A DNA stretch of 63,999 nucleotides, counting the filler, from Trypethelium eluteriae (taxonomy: Eukaryota): NCBI GenBank assembly GCA_051942245.1. It is 4 parts of 4 records of this genome, joined end to end, with 100 filler letters (N's around TTAATTAATTAA, not from the genome) between each part and the next. Parts side by side here need not be neighbours in the genome. Positions count along the whole stretch, not along the records: positions 1 to 16,436 come from JAVECL010000622.1; 3 more parts are not named here. One strand, written 5' to 3'. Position numbers and translations under genes: made by a program. Positions 1-11,539 of the stretch are shown here, piece after piece. Positions within the stretch are counted from its first letter, which is position 1, and every line of letters starts with the position of its first letter. The notes under the pieces were generated by a model. That model ran no database searches. It worked only from the letters and a program-made list of their open reading frames with translations, and was not told the DNA's origin.

Positions 1-2910
1 TCCGCGGAAACCGCGACCCGACTCCCCCCGCTCGACCCAACGAGTTCTTCTTCTCCACGCCATCGACTGACGGGGCCGCTCCGCCAGCAACGGCATTCCC
101 ACCGCTGCTCGGCGTCGCAGGCGAGACGGTATCCGGGGAGTCCGCGCGGCGCGCGCCTTCCGTGACGAGAGCGGGATGGGCGGAGGCGGAGGCGGAAGCG
201 GAAGCAGAGGCAGAGCCACTACTCGCGGGAGGACTGCCACCATTCATAGACGGCGTCGTGCCATTTGGCTGCTGCTGCTGCTCTGCCGCCGACGAAGAGG
301 AGGAGGGCGCACTCGTGCCCGCACTCGCCGCCTCCTTCTGCAGCGACTGCGGCGGCGCCAGCCCCGCGCTCCCCGGAACCTCAAGACTCGTGCGCGTGCC
401 ACCTCGCCCCCTCGTCTCAGTCGGACTTGTATTAATCGGGAACCTGCCCTCAGGGCCTCCGCGGCCATCCGTGCTGCGATCGCGACGATGCTGCTGCATG
501 CCGGAGGCGCGGGAGGAGCCCGGGGCGGGGCTGCGGCTGCGCTGGTTGGCGATGGCGCGCTGGCGCTCCTCCATGTGGGCGCGGCGGTTGGACTCGTCGG
601 TGCTGATGGCGCGGTGCCGGTTGGAGTCTGGGGTGCCGCTGGAGCTGGCGGGGCCGCTGGCGCTGGCGCCGGCGCCGGCGTGGGTCTGGCCGAGGGCGTG
701 GGCGGCGGAGGCGCGCTTCAGTTCGCCGAAGATGGCGTCTTTGTGGGCGAAGAGGTCGCGGATGAGGCGGTAGGCGTACCGCTCGTCGAGGGTGAGGCTG
801 GATTCGTGTTTGGGGCGGAGGATGCAGGGGGAGAGGTTGGTGGCGAGGGCGGAGACGTAGGCTTCGTCGGCGGACGTGAGGTCGATGAGCCGGGTGAAGT
901 GCGTCATGATGGCGTCGAGGGTGGCGATGTTGGCGAGACGGAGTTGGCCGAGGGTGGATTGGAGGACGGAGATGCGGGTGGATTCGTCGGTGGATGGGGC
1001 GGTGGTGGAGTAGATGGTCTTGACGATTTCGTAGACGTGCGAGGAGACAAGGGAGTCTGGAGACGATTTAGCACTCGCACATAACATAATTGTCCACCGG
1101 CGAAGACCTGTGCCTTACCAGGTAATTCTAAGAAGTAAAGTTTCAAAACGCTGGCAACAATGGGTATCTCGTATCGTTCTAGGATTTCGGAGGGAATCGG
1201 TTTACCAGTATTAATGGCGTTTCGTAGATGGTGAGTCGCGGCAAGTGGAACGTCAGCCAACCATATTGCTCGCCTCGGCTCATCGCCTTCGAGGTCAGGA
1301 TAATGCTGGTCGAGATACATCAGGATAGTTGTAACAATGATAGGAACTCGCTTTCTGTCAGATCTTGCCCGAGCTTCTAGGTCAACGCCAAAGGTCTGTT
1401 CATCAACAGAGTTGTAGTAGTTCTCGTAGGTTTGAACGCGGGGAACAAAGGAGCCCGTTCGATAATTTTCCAACAGATATCTGAGGTCTCCCAGAGGCTG
1501 GACCGTTTCCTGGAACAGCATCATGTTGTCAACTGTGCTTTGCAAACTGGGTATGACATTGCTGATGGCACCGGAGAAATCCAGAATGACAGCCTTGACA
1601 GCTTTCAGCCTGTCGAGTTCGCAGCGTTCCATGAACTTTAAGTGATCAATCATTGCTTCTTCTAATTGACACCGTAGTCCATCGAGCTTTCTCACGCTGG
1701 CCTTGTATCGTTCGTCTGCTTCTCGGGCTTCTCGTCTCAGCCTTTCCCCGGGAGTTTCATTCGGGTGCGGATTGTTCAGCGGATTCCATCCAGCCAGGTA
1801 GTCACCGACCGCGCCAACAACAGGCGAGCTATCAGTGCTATCCACAGAAGCAGCGGAGAAAGTTCTCGTCATCATCGAAGCTCGTTTCTCTGGGAAACCC
1901 GTAATTTTAAAGGCCTTCGGCCGCCATTGATAGTTCCATCTCGAGCTGTTTACGAAGGAATTTCCCACATTTCCAATGAGCCTTAGAAATCCATTCCCGA
2001 TTAGATCTTGTCCTATTCTCTCGGCATAACTCACGGTGGTAGCGCCCATATGCTGCTGAAGGTATTCGGTTATGGCCGCACCGGTAGACACATTTTGATA
2101 CGTGCCCAGTATAGGAACTTTGGCTTCCCCAAGCTTGATATTCTCCAACATATGCGTCAGGATTTTCTTCACCTTTTCGGGAGGATATTGCTCATCGCCT
2201 ATCTCTATTGGCTCCTCCTCTTCTGGATCTTCCGATGCGATTGTCACAGTTGGTATCCTGGGCTTTGGACTCTGGGGAGGTGCGCTCTTGGGGTCTTGAA
2301 AAGCTAGTTTATCCTCTTCCTCTAGGTCTTCGACTTGACGGCATTTGTTGTAGTACGCACTCCTTAATTTCCGCACCGTATCTGCTTGTCTGTCATGAGC
2401 TTTGAGACGACCTTGGAGATCATCCTGTGAGTTCTGGACACGGGCAGCGTGTGCATCGCACCACCTCCCGAAGGGGGTCACGACAAGCTCCCTAATACTG
2501 GCAGCTATCTTTGCATGACCCTTTGCGGCCTCATTCATCTCTGTTCGAATGCCATCGTATGCCTTTAAGAACAATGATTCTCAGCCTAGCTTCTGGTGGG
2601 GGGTTTTTCTTCTTCCTATCTTTCAACCTACCTTTTTCATGCTGGCACCCTCATCCTTTTGAAAACCGCCAGAGATGCGATCTGTGGCGGGTTGGATTTC
2701 GCCTAATTGCTGTCCGTAGATCTCTTCAGCATCAGCACGCATGCGAGCGATGTTCAGAAGCTGCTGGTTTTCTTGAACCCCCTGTTGAAGTTTGCCAAAG
2801 AGGACGCCAAGACCTATGACAGCAATTAGAATATTGTTCACGCTCTTCCCATAACATCACTCACCACCAGCGTAGTCATTGGACCAGAAAGAGCTTGCGA
2901 AGCTTGACAT
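1..2910 (-). CDS. RGD2: F-BAR/FCH + DEP + RhoGAP protein (Rgd2/Rga8-like); 3' end runs off the window start; at least 3 introns
   Basis: ATG at 2910 gives MSSFASSFWSNDYAG, spliced to LGVLFGKLQQGVQEN (FCH). ORF 904-2574 has a DEP-like segment (AERIGQDLIGNGFLRLIGNVGN) and a RhoGAP start (FGVDLEARARSDRKRVP...VASVLKLYFLELP). The GAP continues after the intron at about 1057-1118. Confidence 0.85.
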
Positions 2911-3573
2911 GGCGCAATCAATTGAGGCTGCTGAGCCAGGATCCAGAGAAGCTTGTAGCCAGGATGACAACCGGCTCTTATGTCTCGAATGACAGATGAT
3001 ATCTAGTAGTAGAATGCTCAGGCTCTGCAGGTGTCAGCACTGTTGAGACAGCTGTACGGCGTGCGCAGGATGGTGAGGAGAGTTGTTGTTTTCGTTTAAT
3101 ATAGGATCTTGCGCGCCTGGATAAGATGGTAGCGGGTCCTTGGCGTCCAAAAGCGTTTAATATCGAACCAGGTAACAGTCAGAAGGCCCTAGAGTTTTGC
3201 GAATGTGGATGGCTGAAGCCAGAAAGACAACAGCTCGTTCAAGCCTGCAAACCTGCAAACTCGCATAACCCCGGCCTAATTAGACAAGCGTGACAAGTTC
3301 GTTCAGGTGTCGGCTCACCAGCCACAGTCGCCCCACGGGCCAAAGATCGCCGTTAGGGGGCTCAACAAGGGTCTGCAGCTAGTTCAGCCACATCGTTTAT
3401 GCTTCATGTGCTGGTGTGTCTTTCTCTTGATGTCTGCGTCATAGCCGATGGTCAGCTTCCACATATTTCTCGCGTACATCGACATTTGACTGTCTTTCCT
3501 TTTCTTTAGATCTTTGCTGGTCATGCTCTACTGATATACTCTCCTGATACACTGTCCTCCTTCTCCTTCACTT

Positions 3574-5174
3574 ATGTCTGCGACACGGACCGACAGCGTT
3601 CATCCCCCATCTCTCCAAGCCTCCAGCCTCGACACGGAAAAGCACATCAAGTACTGGCTACGATGCTTGAAATCACCCTTACCGCACCACTACATCTCCA
3701 ATGACTCTAATCGCATGTGTATTGCATTTTTCATCTATTCCGCACTCGATATCCTTAACGTTCTTGACGCTTCCGTAACTCCGACAGAGCGAGCCGAACA
3801 CGTCGATTGGGTGTATCGATGCCAGCTCCCTGAGGGCGGATTTCGCATGTTTCCGGGTTCTGGCTTTGGGAAGCTTCGGAATGAGCAAAATCGGAAATGG
3901 GATCCACCAACCCTTCCTGCAACCTTTTTCGCCATCCAGACGCTGGCCGTAATGAAAGATGACTTTCACCGACTGAATAAACGAGGAATATTAGAATGGC
4001 TACCAAAATTACAAAGGGAAGACGGGAGTTTCGGTCAAATGCTAATTGATGGCGTTATAGAAGGAGGTCATGACTCAAGATTTGGATATATGGCTACTGG
4101 CGTACGATGGATGTTGAGAGGTACTGTCGAAGGTTCCCTGGACGGGATACCAGACATCGACATGGAAGGCTTTTGCCACTGCGTGGAGGAATCTCAGGTA
4201 GTCGACACATATGATTGAGATTCTGCTACAACATTGACTGAATGGTGCAGACCTATGATGGCGGCATTTCAGAAGCGCCTTTCCACGAGGCCCACGGTAC
4301 GCAAGTTTCTAAGCTCTCTCCACTTTGATTGACGATGATTAGCGGGATTTGAGTTCTGTGCCACCAGCGCTCTTTCATTACTTGGTCGTCTGCCGCAAAG
4401 CTCCAACACCGCCCTGGAAGTACCATCAAAAGGGTTGACTCAGCTAGACAGCACAGTACAATGGCTAGTTTCTAGGCAAACAGCTACCTTGGATGAGGAA
4501 GATGAATTTGATACAAATTCTGACGAAACCGATACGTCAATGACGTGTCATGATAGTCATTCATTCGTGAAACTTCGAAGTTTTCCTTCGAAGGCAGGTG
4601 AAATGTCATACCAGGACCGATCGACGGCGCATTTCGAACTTCAATGGGCGGGCTTCAATGGCCGACCGAATAAAGTCGCAGACACCTGCTATGCATGGTG
4701 GGTCTACGGGACACTGTCGGTAAGACACTACTCATTCAGCTACGTTTGCAACGGGATTCGTGATAACGGCTGATGGAAATATAGATACTCAACAAACAAC
4801 ACCTGGTAGATGCAGAAGCCTGTCGCAGGTATCTTTTAGATAAAGCACAACATATGATTGGTGGCTTTGGCAAGATGCCTGGTGATCCGCCAGATATTTA
4901 CCATTCATTCCTTGGATTGGCGACGCTCGCTCTACAGCCTGAGTCTGGATTAAAGGGCTTCGATCCAGCTCTTTGCATTACCAAAGAAGCAAAGCAGTAT
5001 ATTGAGTCTCTGCAATGGCGAAAAGCAGCAATTAGTGGCGCATCAGACTCTCTCAATTCTTCTCTCTCTTCTACAAGTTCAGAATCAACCAACACAACGT
5101 CACAAAGCACTATTTCATCTGATTCACCAAATATAGAGAAGAATTTCAGTTATCTGGCCATCTCTGGTGGCTGA
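3574..5174 (+). CDS. CDC43: Geranylgeranyltransferase type I beta subunit (4 exons)
   Basis: KHIKYWLRCLK..LP..Y...DSNRM N-terminus and prenyltransferase repeats: QTYDGGISEAPFHEAHAG after splicing, GFNGRPNKVADTCYAWW, GGFGKMPGDPPDIYHSFLGLA. Confidence 0.85.
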
Positions 5175-5791
5175 TTCGATCATTGATAGTTTAATACCTG
5201 ATATCCCATTTAACAAGCTGAAGTACGTATCCAAAAGCTGTTTCTTAAAGTTTGGTGGTGCGCGAATGGGCATGTGCCCTTTTGGTTTTATATTTTGCTG
5301 AGCGCTGACATTAAAAAGGCTCTTATCCTCATTACTTGTAGGTTGTTTAAAGTTCTCAATTTCCTTGGATCATTATTACCTCATCCGTTTAGGACTATGC
5401 CATATTCGTGATTGAGAGATTCCAAGATTGTCGAATGAAAATTACTTCGTATCTAGCCTTCTATAAAAGTAGCTATAATAAAGGTTGGTACCCGGACGTA
5501 CAAGGAGATCTATGAGACCCAAGGAACATACTAAAGCAACGACGAACAAGTACCAATTATTTTTATCTTTTTTCTCCTTTTCTTCGGTATGTAGATGTGG
5601 GTCTGCTGATATTTGTAGGTTAAACTTTCTGCTGCGGCATTCTTGCCGCCAAGTAGGGAAGCCATTATTGGAAGCTTAATTTATACCACTGATTCTAACT
5701 TTGCCTGGCCGCCCGAAACGCATTTATAGATGCTTCCGCGTTCACACTCCTTGAGCTTATCTCACTATTAGATATTCATCTTTTTCTTATC

Positions 5792-6775
5792 ATGGATCTC
5801 ACTCAAGCATGCCTTTCGAAAGCATTCGACAGCTTGCACATGATAAAAAGTGCATCCGAAACAGCTCAGTTCAAGGAAAATGAGAGGCGTAAAGCAGCAA
5901 ATCAACATTTCGACATCTGCGATTCTTTCCATTTGCAGGCTTACGAACCATGCGCAAAGAGACTCAAGAGAAGGGCGTGTAGCCGAAAGACAGTCGCCGT
6001 GCCAGCCCAGCGCCAATCCCAAGGCATTCAAGAACATCCTAGAGCAGCGGACACTACTCCAAAAAAGCAGGTCAAGCAATGCCGTGAGAAATCAAAAGTA
6101 GGAGGTCAAACCAAAAAGCTATTATCCGACGAGGGTCGAAAATCGTCTGCAGCTAGGCATACGGCAGATAATCTCAAAACGTGCCAATGCCATTTTCGTG
6201 GAACTGTGATAATCCAGCCATTCAACAAACCGTTTCTGACGGCAAAGGAAGCAGATTTCGTCCTACGCCCTGCGGAGCTCAATCTGTGGACGGGCCACTT
6301 CACTGTAATTAACTATCAGAACGTACGAAACTGCGGAATCGGTATCGTTTACAAGACCTCAAGTGGTCTCGTTGAAAGGGCATATCATGTCGATCAGCTA
6401 AATCCACCTTTCACAGCAGGACTCCTAGCGGTCGCAGATGCCCTGGATATTGCCCTCGCAAAAATCAAAATAGAAGAAGAGACGTCTGCCACTGAGGGCA
6501 AGCTGCATCCGATCATCGAGGCTGTCAATATCCTTACCGATGACGCGAGTGTACTGAGACTCATAGGGCATGCAAGTGACAGACAGATCCGGCAGAACGC
6601 GATACTAGAAAGGTCGTTCATGACAGCGTATGTCTTGGAGCGTATGGGAGTGAAAGCGCAAGCTCAATGGGTACCAAGCCACTCTGGGATTCGCAGGCAA
6701 TTGAGAGCACGCAATCTCGCGCTTCAGGCGGCTGGGTGCCCAGGTATGGACTTGGGCGGCCCTTTCGTTACATGA
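5792..6775 (+). CDS. Intronless RNase H-like domain protein with a degenerate active site
   Basis: C-terminal motifs LWTGH...GIGIVY, FTAGLLAVADAL, NILTDDASVL and QWVPSHSGI follow the order of RNase HI motifs typical of non-LTR elements (xTDGS, AELxAI, FTDS, WVPxHxGIxGNExAD). No RT is present. Confidence 0.55.
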   Translation: MDLTQACLSKAFDSLHMIKSASETAQFKENERRKAANQHFDICDSFHLQAYEPCAKRLKRRACSRKTVAVPAQRQSQGIQEHPRAADTTPKKQVKQCREKSKVGGQTKKLLSDEGRKSSAARHTADNLKTCQCHFRGTVIIQPFNKPFLTAKEADFVLRPAELNLWTGHFTVINYQNVRNCGIGIVYKTSSGLVERAYHVDQLNPPFTAGLLAVADALDIALAKIKIEEETSATEGKLHPIIEAVNILTDDASVLRLIGHASDRQIRQNAILERSFMTAYVLERMGVKAQAQWVPSHSGIRRQLRARNLALQAAGCPGMDLGGPFVT

Positions 6776-7249
6776 TGATTACGAAAAATTACAAGAGAGC
6801 GGAATGAAGGAACTGTCCCTACTGTTCAAGAGTGTCAAATCTGATATCTCCGGGATCGATGGACTACGAAAAAACACAGAAAGGAATTGCGCAAGGAAGT
6901 CTACGGCTAAAATGTCCTTTGGATGAAGCTGGGTAGAGCTTGTATAAAGGCCCACGGCCTTCCCGAGCTATTGATGTCCATATAATGTACAGATACTATG
7001 ACAGCATCGACATCGAGGAACTTGAGCTATGAAATGGTGTGTAACGAAGAGAAGTTGCTAGGGTGGAAGAAAATCAGAGTGGTGGTTGGGTGTATGTAAT
7101 TGCGCATCCCCATCAAGATGGCTTTTTGTGTGCATATCAGCAACGCGGCTGTATAATGTTCTATGGTGCTTCATTAGCCATATTGATGTAACCATTATCA
7201 ATATCTTAGGTGACTATTCATGGTGCACTCAGTGGTGCGGGTATCTTGT

Positions 7250-9259
7250 CTATCCTTGCGGCTTGGATGAGCCATTTGCGACGACGTCTTCCGACTTCTC
7301 TTTGAAAGGCACTTCAAAGATAACCACGCCATTACTCCCATCGGTCTTCTTCCACCTTCCAAGTCTATGCTCTTTGCCAACGGCCATGGCTATATAGAGT
7401 CCGTCCTTTCCTCTTTCTCCCCTCTCAAATGCGGTAACATCGTTTGCAATTCCTCTAACCAATTTCTGTTCTTTCAAGTTAACTCCTTGTTGATGGCCAT
7501 TCGTCTTTTCACCAATCATCGCGTCTCCAATACCATCAGGGTCTAAAGACCTCTCATCGACTGTTCCAATCACTCCCATTCCATCAATTCTCCTCTTATC
7601 CTCACTGACCTTCCACGCTCTTATACATCCATCCCAGCTCGCGCTGATCACCACGTCAGAGTACGGTACCGTAGCCAGACCCGTTATGTATCGAGGCTCC
7701 TGTGGTGGCGGTTCCCAATTCTCCGCAGCTCCTCGACCAGCCTTAGTCAGCGCCGGGTCTTCGGCCAGAGCTTCCTCTCTCGTGAGTAGAGGATCGAGTC
7801 CATGAGCCAGAGGGATCGTGAAGATCGGCTTCTTTTTATGTATATTCCAGAGGCAGATACTGCCATTGTCGCTGCCCGTAACAAACGTCTCTTCGTCAAC
7901 AAGAGCAACCCGGTCAATACTACCTTCAGCATACCCCTTCACTTCTGGCCTGTGTTCATCCCCATCGTTCAACTTGCTCGCCAAACTGAAAGCCGCACCG
8001 GGCACGTTCTCACCCCTGGCTTTATGCACGCCCCCGCCTCTAAATACCAACTGATTCTCCTCCACCACCTTCCAGAATCTTGCCGTGCGATCCCTTGCTC
8101 CAACACTGACACACTTCTCCCCAGCACACGCTGCCACATCCACGACGGTATCCTGGTGCCCAAACAGCGTCTCCACATACGTCATCGCATCCAGATCCCA
8201 CAGCTTAATCGTCCGATCCGCACTCGCCGAGAACATCTGGTTCGCACCCCCGGAGATGTTGCCTCGACTCGCAGTAGTGGTGACAGAGCCACCGCCAAGT
8301 GCAATGCGAAAGGAGAGCCCGAGGACGGCATCGCGGTGCTGAGTGAAGGTCTTGATGGGCACGAGCTCCGAGGGCGAGCTCCCGACGGACCAGATGACGA
8401 TGCGCTTGTCGGAGCTGCCAGTTGCGAGGTATTTGCCTGAAGGAGCGGCGGCGATACAGAGGATTTTGCCGGTGTGCAGGGTTACGCCGGGCGCGAAGGG
8501 AGTGGAAGAGGGAGGGCGGCGGCAGGAGAAGTGAGCGAGTCTTCGAGGGGTGCGGCTACGTTTACTGCTTTGTGATTGCCCATTGATCCCATTCGTAGAC
8601 GGCGTCTGATCAATAGATGATGTCGTTGACGCTTGACCTTCCCCATCGAACTTCGTGCGCGTGGATGCAGCTTTGATGAAAGGCTTTGGTACCTCCCACT
8701 TCACAACCACGTTATCTTTTGAGACCGCGTATAGATAATCATGTTCTCCATCCGTACTCTTTGAGCGCGCTATGCCTGTGCATGCACTTCCACCCCATGC
8801 CATCTTCGCCGTCTTTGCCCGCCCCCAGTCTAGGGTATCCGCGATATGTTTGTGAAGCTTTCCCTTCGTTTCCGCGACATCTTCTTTTAGTCTTTCAGCG
8901 ATTAAGTCTCGATCTATCTCAGCAGCATCGAAGCCCACTTCATCTACTTCCTCACGAACATTCTCGAGATATTGCTCTGCTAAGCGGAGCCGACGTTCGG
9001 CGGCAGTCTCATTTTCGTACTCTGATTCTTCAGAACCCTCAATGCTGGCATCATCTTGAGGACCTCGAGGACCCTCGTCGTCCGAGTCGCTGCCGGATAT
9101 AGACTCGTCCCGAGCTTGTCGTCTCTTGGAGGCCGGAGGTGGTCGAGCGCCGCTTTTATTAGCAGAAGTCACATTTCGCCGTTTTTGTGAAGGTGCTTGC
9201 GATGGATCCGTTCGCTTTCTTTTCTTCTGCGACGCCGGTGTTGTGAAGAATGAGGACAT
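7250..9259 (-). CDS. RRP9: U3 snoRNP WD40 protein Rrp9
   Basis: Starts MSSFFTTPASQKKRKR (ATG 9259). Contains ETAAERRLRLAEQYL, YVETLFGHQD, VGARDRTARFWKVVEENQLVFRGGG and VGKEHRLGRW. Confidence 0.92.
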   Translation of the reverse strand: MSSFFTTPASQKKRKRTDPSQAPSQKRRNVTSANKSGARPPPASKRRQARDESISGSDSDDEGPRGPQDDASIEGSEESEYENETAAERRLRLAEQYLENVREEVDEVGFDAAEIDRDLIAERLKEDVAETKGKLHKHIADTLDWGRAKTAKMAWGGSACTGIARSKSTDGEHDYLYAVSKDNVVVKWEVPKPFIKAASTRTKFDGEGQASTTSSIDQTPSTNGINGQSQSSKRSRTPRRLAHFSCRRPPSSTPFAPGVTLHTGKILCIAAAPSGKYLATGSSDKRIVIWSVGSSPSELVPIKTFTQHRDAVLGLSFRIALGGGSVTTTASRGNISGGANQMFSASADRTIKLWDLDAMTYVETLFGHQDTVVDVAACAGEKCVSVGARDRTARFWKVVEENQLVFRGGGVHKARGENVPGAAFSLASKLNDGDEHRPEVKGYAEGSIDRVALVDEETFVTGSDNGSICLWNIHKKKPIFTIPLAHGLDPLLTREEALAEDPALTKAGRGAAENWEPPPQEPRYITGLATVPYSDVVISASWDGCIRAWKVSEDKRRIDGMGVIGTVDERSLDPDGIGDAMIGEKTNGHQQGVNLKEQKLVRGIANDVTAFERGERGKDGLYIAMAVGKEHRLGRWKKTDGSNGVVIFEVPFKEKSEDVVANGSSKPQG

Positions 9260-9314
9260 GCTGTAGCTTGCCTCTATTCTGAATTCGTTGATCGTAGAGA
9301 AAGATGCAATATCC

Positions 9315-9393
9315 AAAAAGTTTTTGAAGTATTACAGCCCGCATCGGTGGTCGGCGAAACTTTGGCCAAGCCAAAGCTCCCAGGCAGCTCATC
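9315..9393. promoter_or_regulatory. Candidate RRPE-like (AAAAAGTTTTT) and PAC-core (GCTCATC) elements in the 273-bp RRP9/PRE1 bidirectional promoter
   Basis: AAAAAGTTTTT at 9315-9325 and GCTCATC (reverse complement GATGAGC) at 9387-9393, upstream of a ribosome-biogenesis gene. The motifs are short, so chance is possible. Confidence 0.35.
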
Positions 9394-9532
9394 ACCTACG
9401 CGTGCATTCGAGATTGTACAACGCCTGGTCGTAGACCACTTTCGCACTTCTCTTTGCCGGCCACAAATATCTACTATTCGAGCGGAGCATCGTTGCATAA
9501 TCTTTTCAACCCAACAGACTCACGCCACAACG

Positions 9533-10418
9533 ATGTAATTCCTCTTCATTTGCCTAACCATAAGCTATAGCTGATCGCCTGTACAGGGAAGTTCTCCTTG
9601 GCCTTACGGGCCGCGACTTCGTCCTCATGGCTGCTTCTAAAGCCGCCATGCGCGGCGCCACTATCCTCAAAGCCTCCGATGACAAGACGCGCGAACTAAC
9701 CAAGCATACGCTCATGGCCTACTCCGGCGAGGCCGGTGACACTGTTCAATTCGCCGAGTACGTCCAAGCCAACGTCGCTCTCTATAGCATGCGAAACGAT
9801 ACGGATCTCGGTCCAGGAGCTGTGGCAAGCTTCACAAGGAGTGAGCTGGCGAGGAGCTTGAGGAGTCGGAGTCCGTACATGGTGAATCTATTACTTGGAG
9901 GTTGGGATGTGCTGGGAGGGAAAGATGTTGAGGTAGAGAGTGAAACGAAAGAAGGGAAGGAAGGGGGCAGCGATGCTCAGGACGGAAAGAATGGGAAGGC
10001 CATCAAGAAGACGGGATGCGCACGGCTATACTGGATTGACTATCTGGCAAGTCAAGCGGAGGTGCCGTACGCCGCCCATGGATACGCGCAGTAAGTACTC
10101 CTCCTTTCCAATCATGAGAGTCGCCTTAGATCTCGAAGGCTGGCTACGTGAATAGGGATTCGGGTGCAACATTGTCATTTTACAGAAGAGCATTGGGCTA
10201 ACGGCAGGGCTTTTAGATACTACTGTCTCTCTATCCTCGACAAGCACCACCACCCAGATATCGACTTCGATCAAGGCATGAAGCTTCTCAAGATGTGCTC
10301 GGATGAACTCAAGAGGAGACTACCAATAGATTTTAAGGGCTTAGTTGTTAAAGTGATGACCAAGGATGGAATAAGAGAGGTGGAATTCGATGACAGTGCG
10401 CCTGTCAAGTCGGCATGA
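9533..10418 (+). CDS. PRE1: 20S proteasome subunit beta 4; start codon split by intron 1 (AT|G)
   Basis: AT(9533-9534) + intron 9535-9586 + G GAA GTT CTC CTT GGC gives MEVLLGLTGRDFV. Also GEAGDTVQFAEYVQAN, AAHGYAQYYCLSILDKHHHPD and ELKRRLPIDFKG. Confidence 0.93.
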
Positions 10419-11539
10419 TCAGCCAGAGATTATAGTGTATAATATACCAAGCATTCCTCGGCGTTAAGAAATGAATCTGCTCTATTGCAAGCTACTCCAA
10501 GTGTAGTGCTCCAGTGCCAACCCGGTAAATGCTTTTGGTGGTTCTTCATTTCTGTAATAATGAATTGAGTCTTCAGATGCTAGCTTTCTGAATAGCTGAG
10601 CCCGCGTGGGAGGACTCTACCTGACTCAAAAACTTATGCAAACTTGTAAAATAGACGTCTCATTTCATCCATTGGGCGCAAATATCTGGGGTTGGTTGAG
10701 TCCATGCTCTGCACGTGACCCCGGTTCGGCATAAAATCCCCAACTCCCACCACATTTCAAGACTTTTTCTCTTTAGATCAAAAAACCACGGGACCAGCCA
10801 CGATAACCGCTCAGAATACCTCCACGGCGGATTATTGCCAGTCACCACATGGTGATGCGGTCCCGAGAACAATCTTCCCGGATTAGGAAGCCTGCCTCCC
10901 GTTGAGTCGTCTTCAGTGATGGCGTTGGGTTGCAGGTGCCAATGAAGGGATACATACAACCAGCAAGATAGCAAGTGGAATCACTCTCCTCTTGCATCCA
11001 AGCTGGATATGGAGAGCGTCGAGATAATTAGCCGCGAGACAAATGGATGAAGATACTCCATTCCAAACCTATCCTGAAATATAAAGTACCATTTGAAACT
11101 CTATCGCTCCAATATTGGTCGCTTAATTTCCTGGATTTGAGATCATTTCGATTAGCACTAGTCGGTTGCCAACACCATTTCACTCAAGATAGCGATAGGA
11201 TGTACTCAGGACTCTATTGACTCTGCATTCGCACCGCTTTCTGCTGCCTTCTGTACGAGATTAAGCCAAGATTGTAACTTTGATAGGTGTGGTGCATCGT
11301 TCGGAAACCCCCAATTCGCATATATCACTGAGCGTTATGTCGTCTTAACAGAACAAAGATGCATGCTAGCAAGTCAGTCCTGTTACAGATGGAACCGGAT
11401 CATTGAGCTCACTGAACTCTATATTTAACACGTGTATATATCCATTGTATCTACCGACGATGCTTTTCGCATTACTCATTAGTAACACATGGACGGAAAT
11501 GTACTATGGTGTCCCATGGATAGGGTCTTCTATGGAGGC

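Noticed and set aside
162..1084. Long + strand ORFs of 203 and 302 aa
   Set aside because: They are antisense shadows of the GC-rich 3' part of RGD2, with low-complexity translations and no recognizable motifs.
10420..11530. 1.1-kb region after PRE1 with a 104-aa minus-strand ORF
   Set aside because: No recognizable domain or convincing exon structure; left unannotated.
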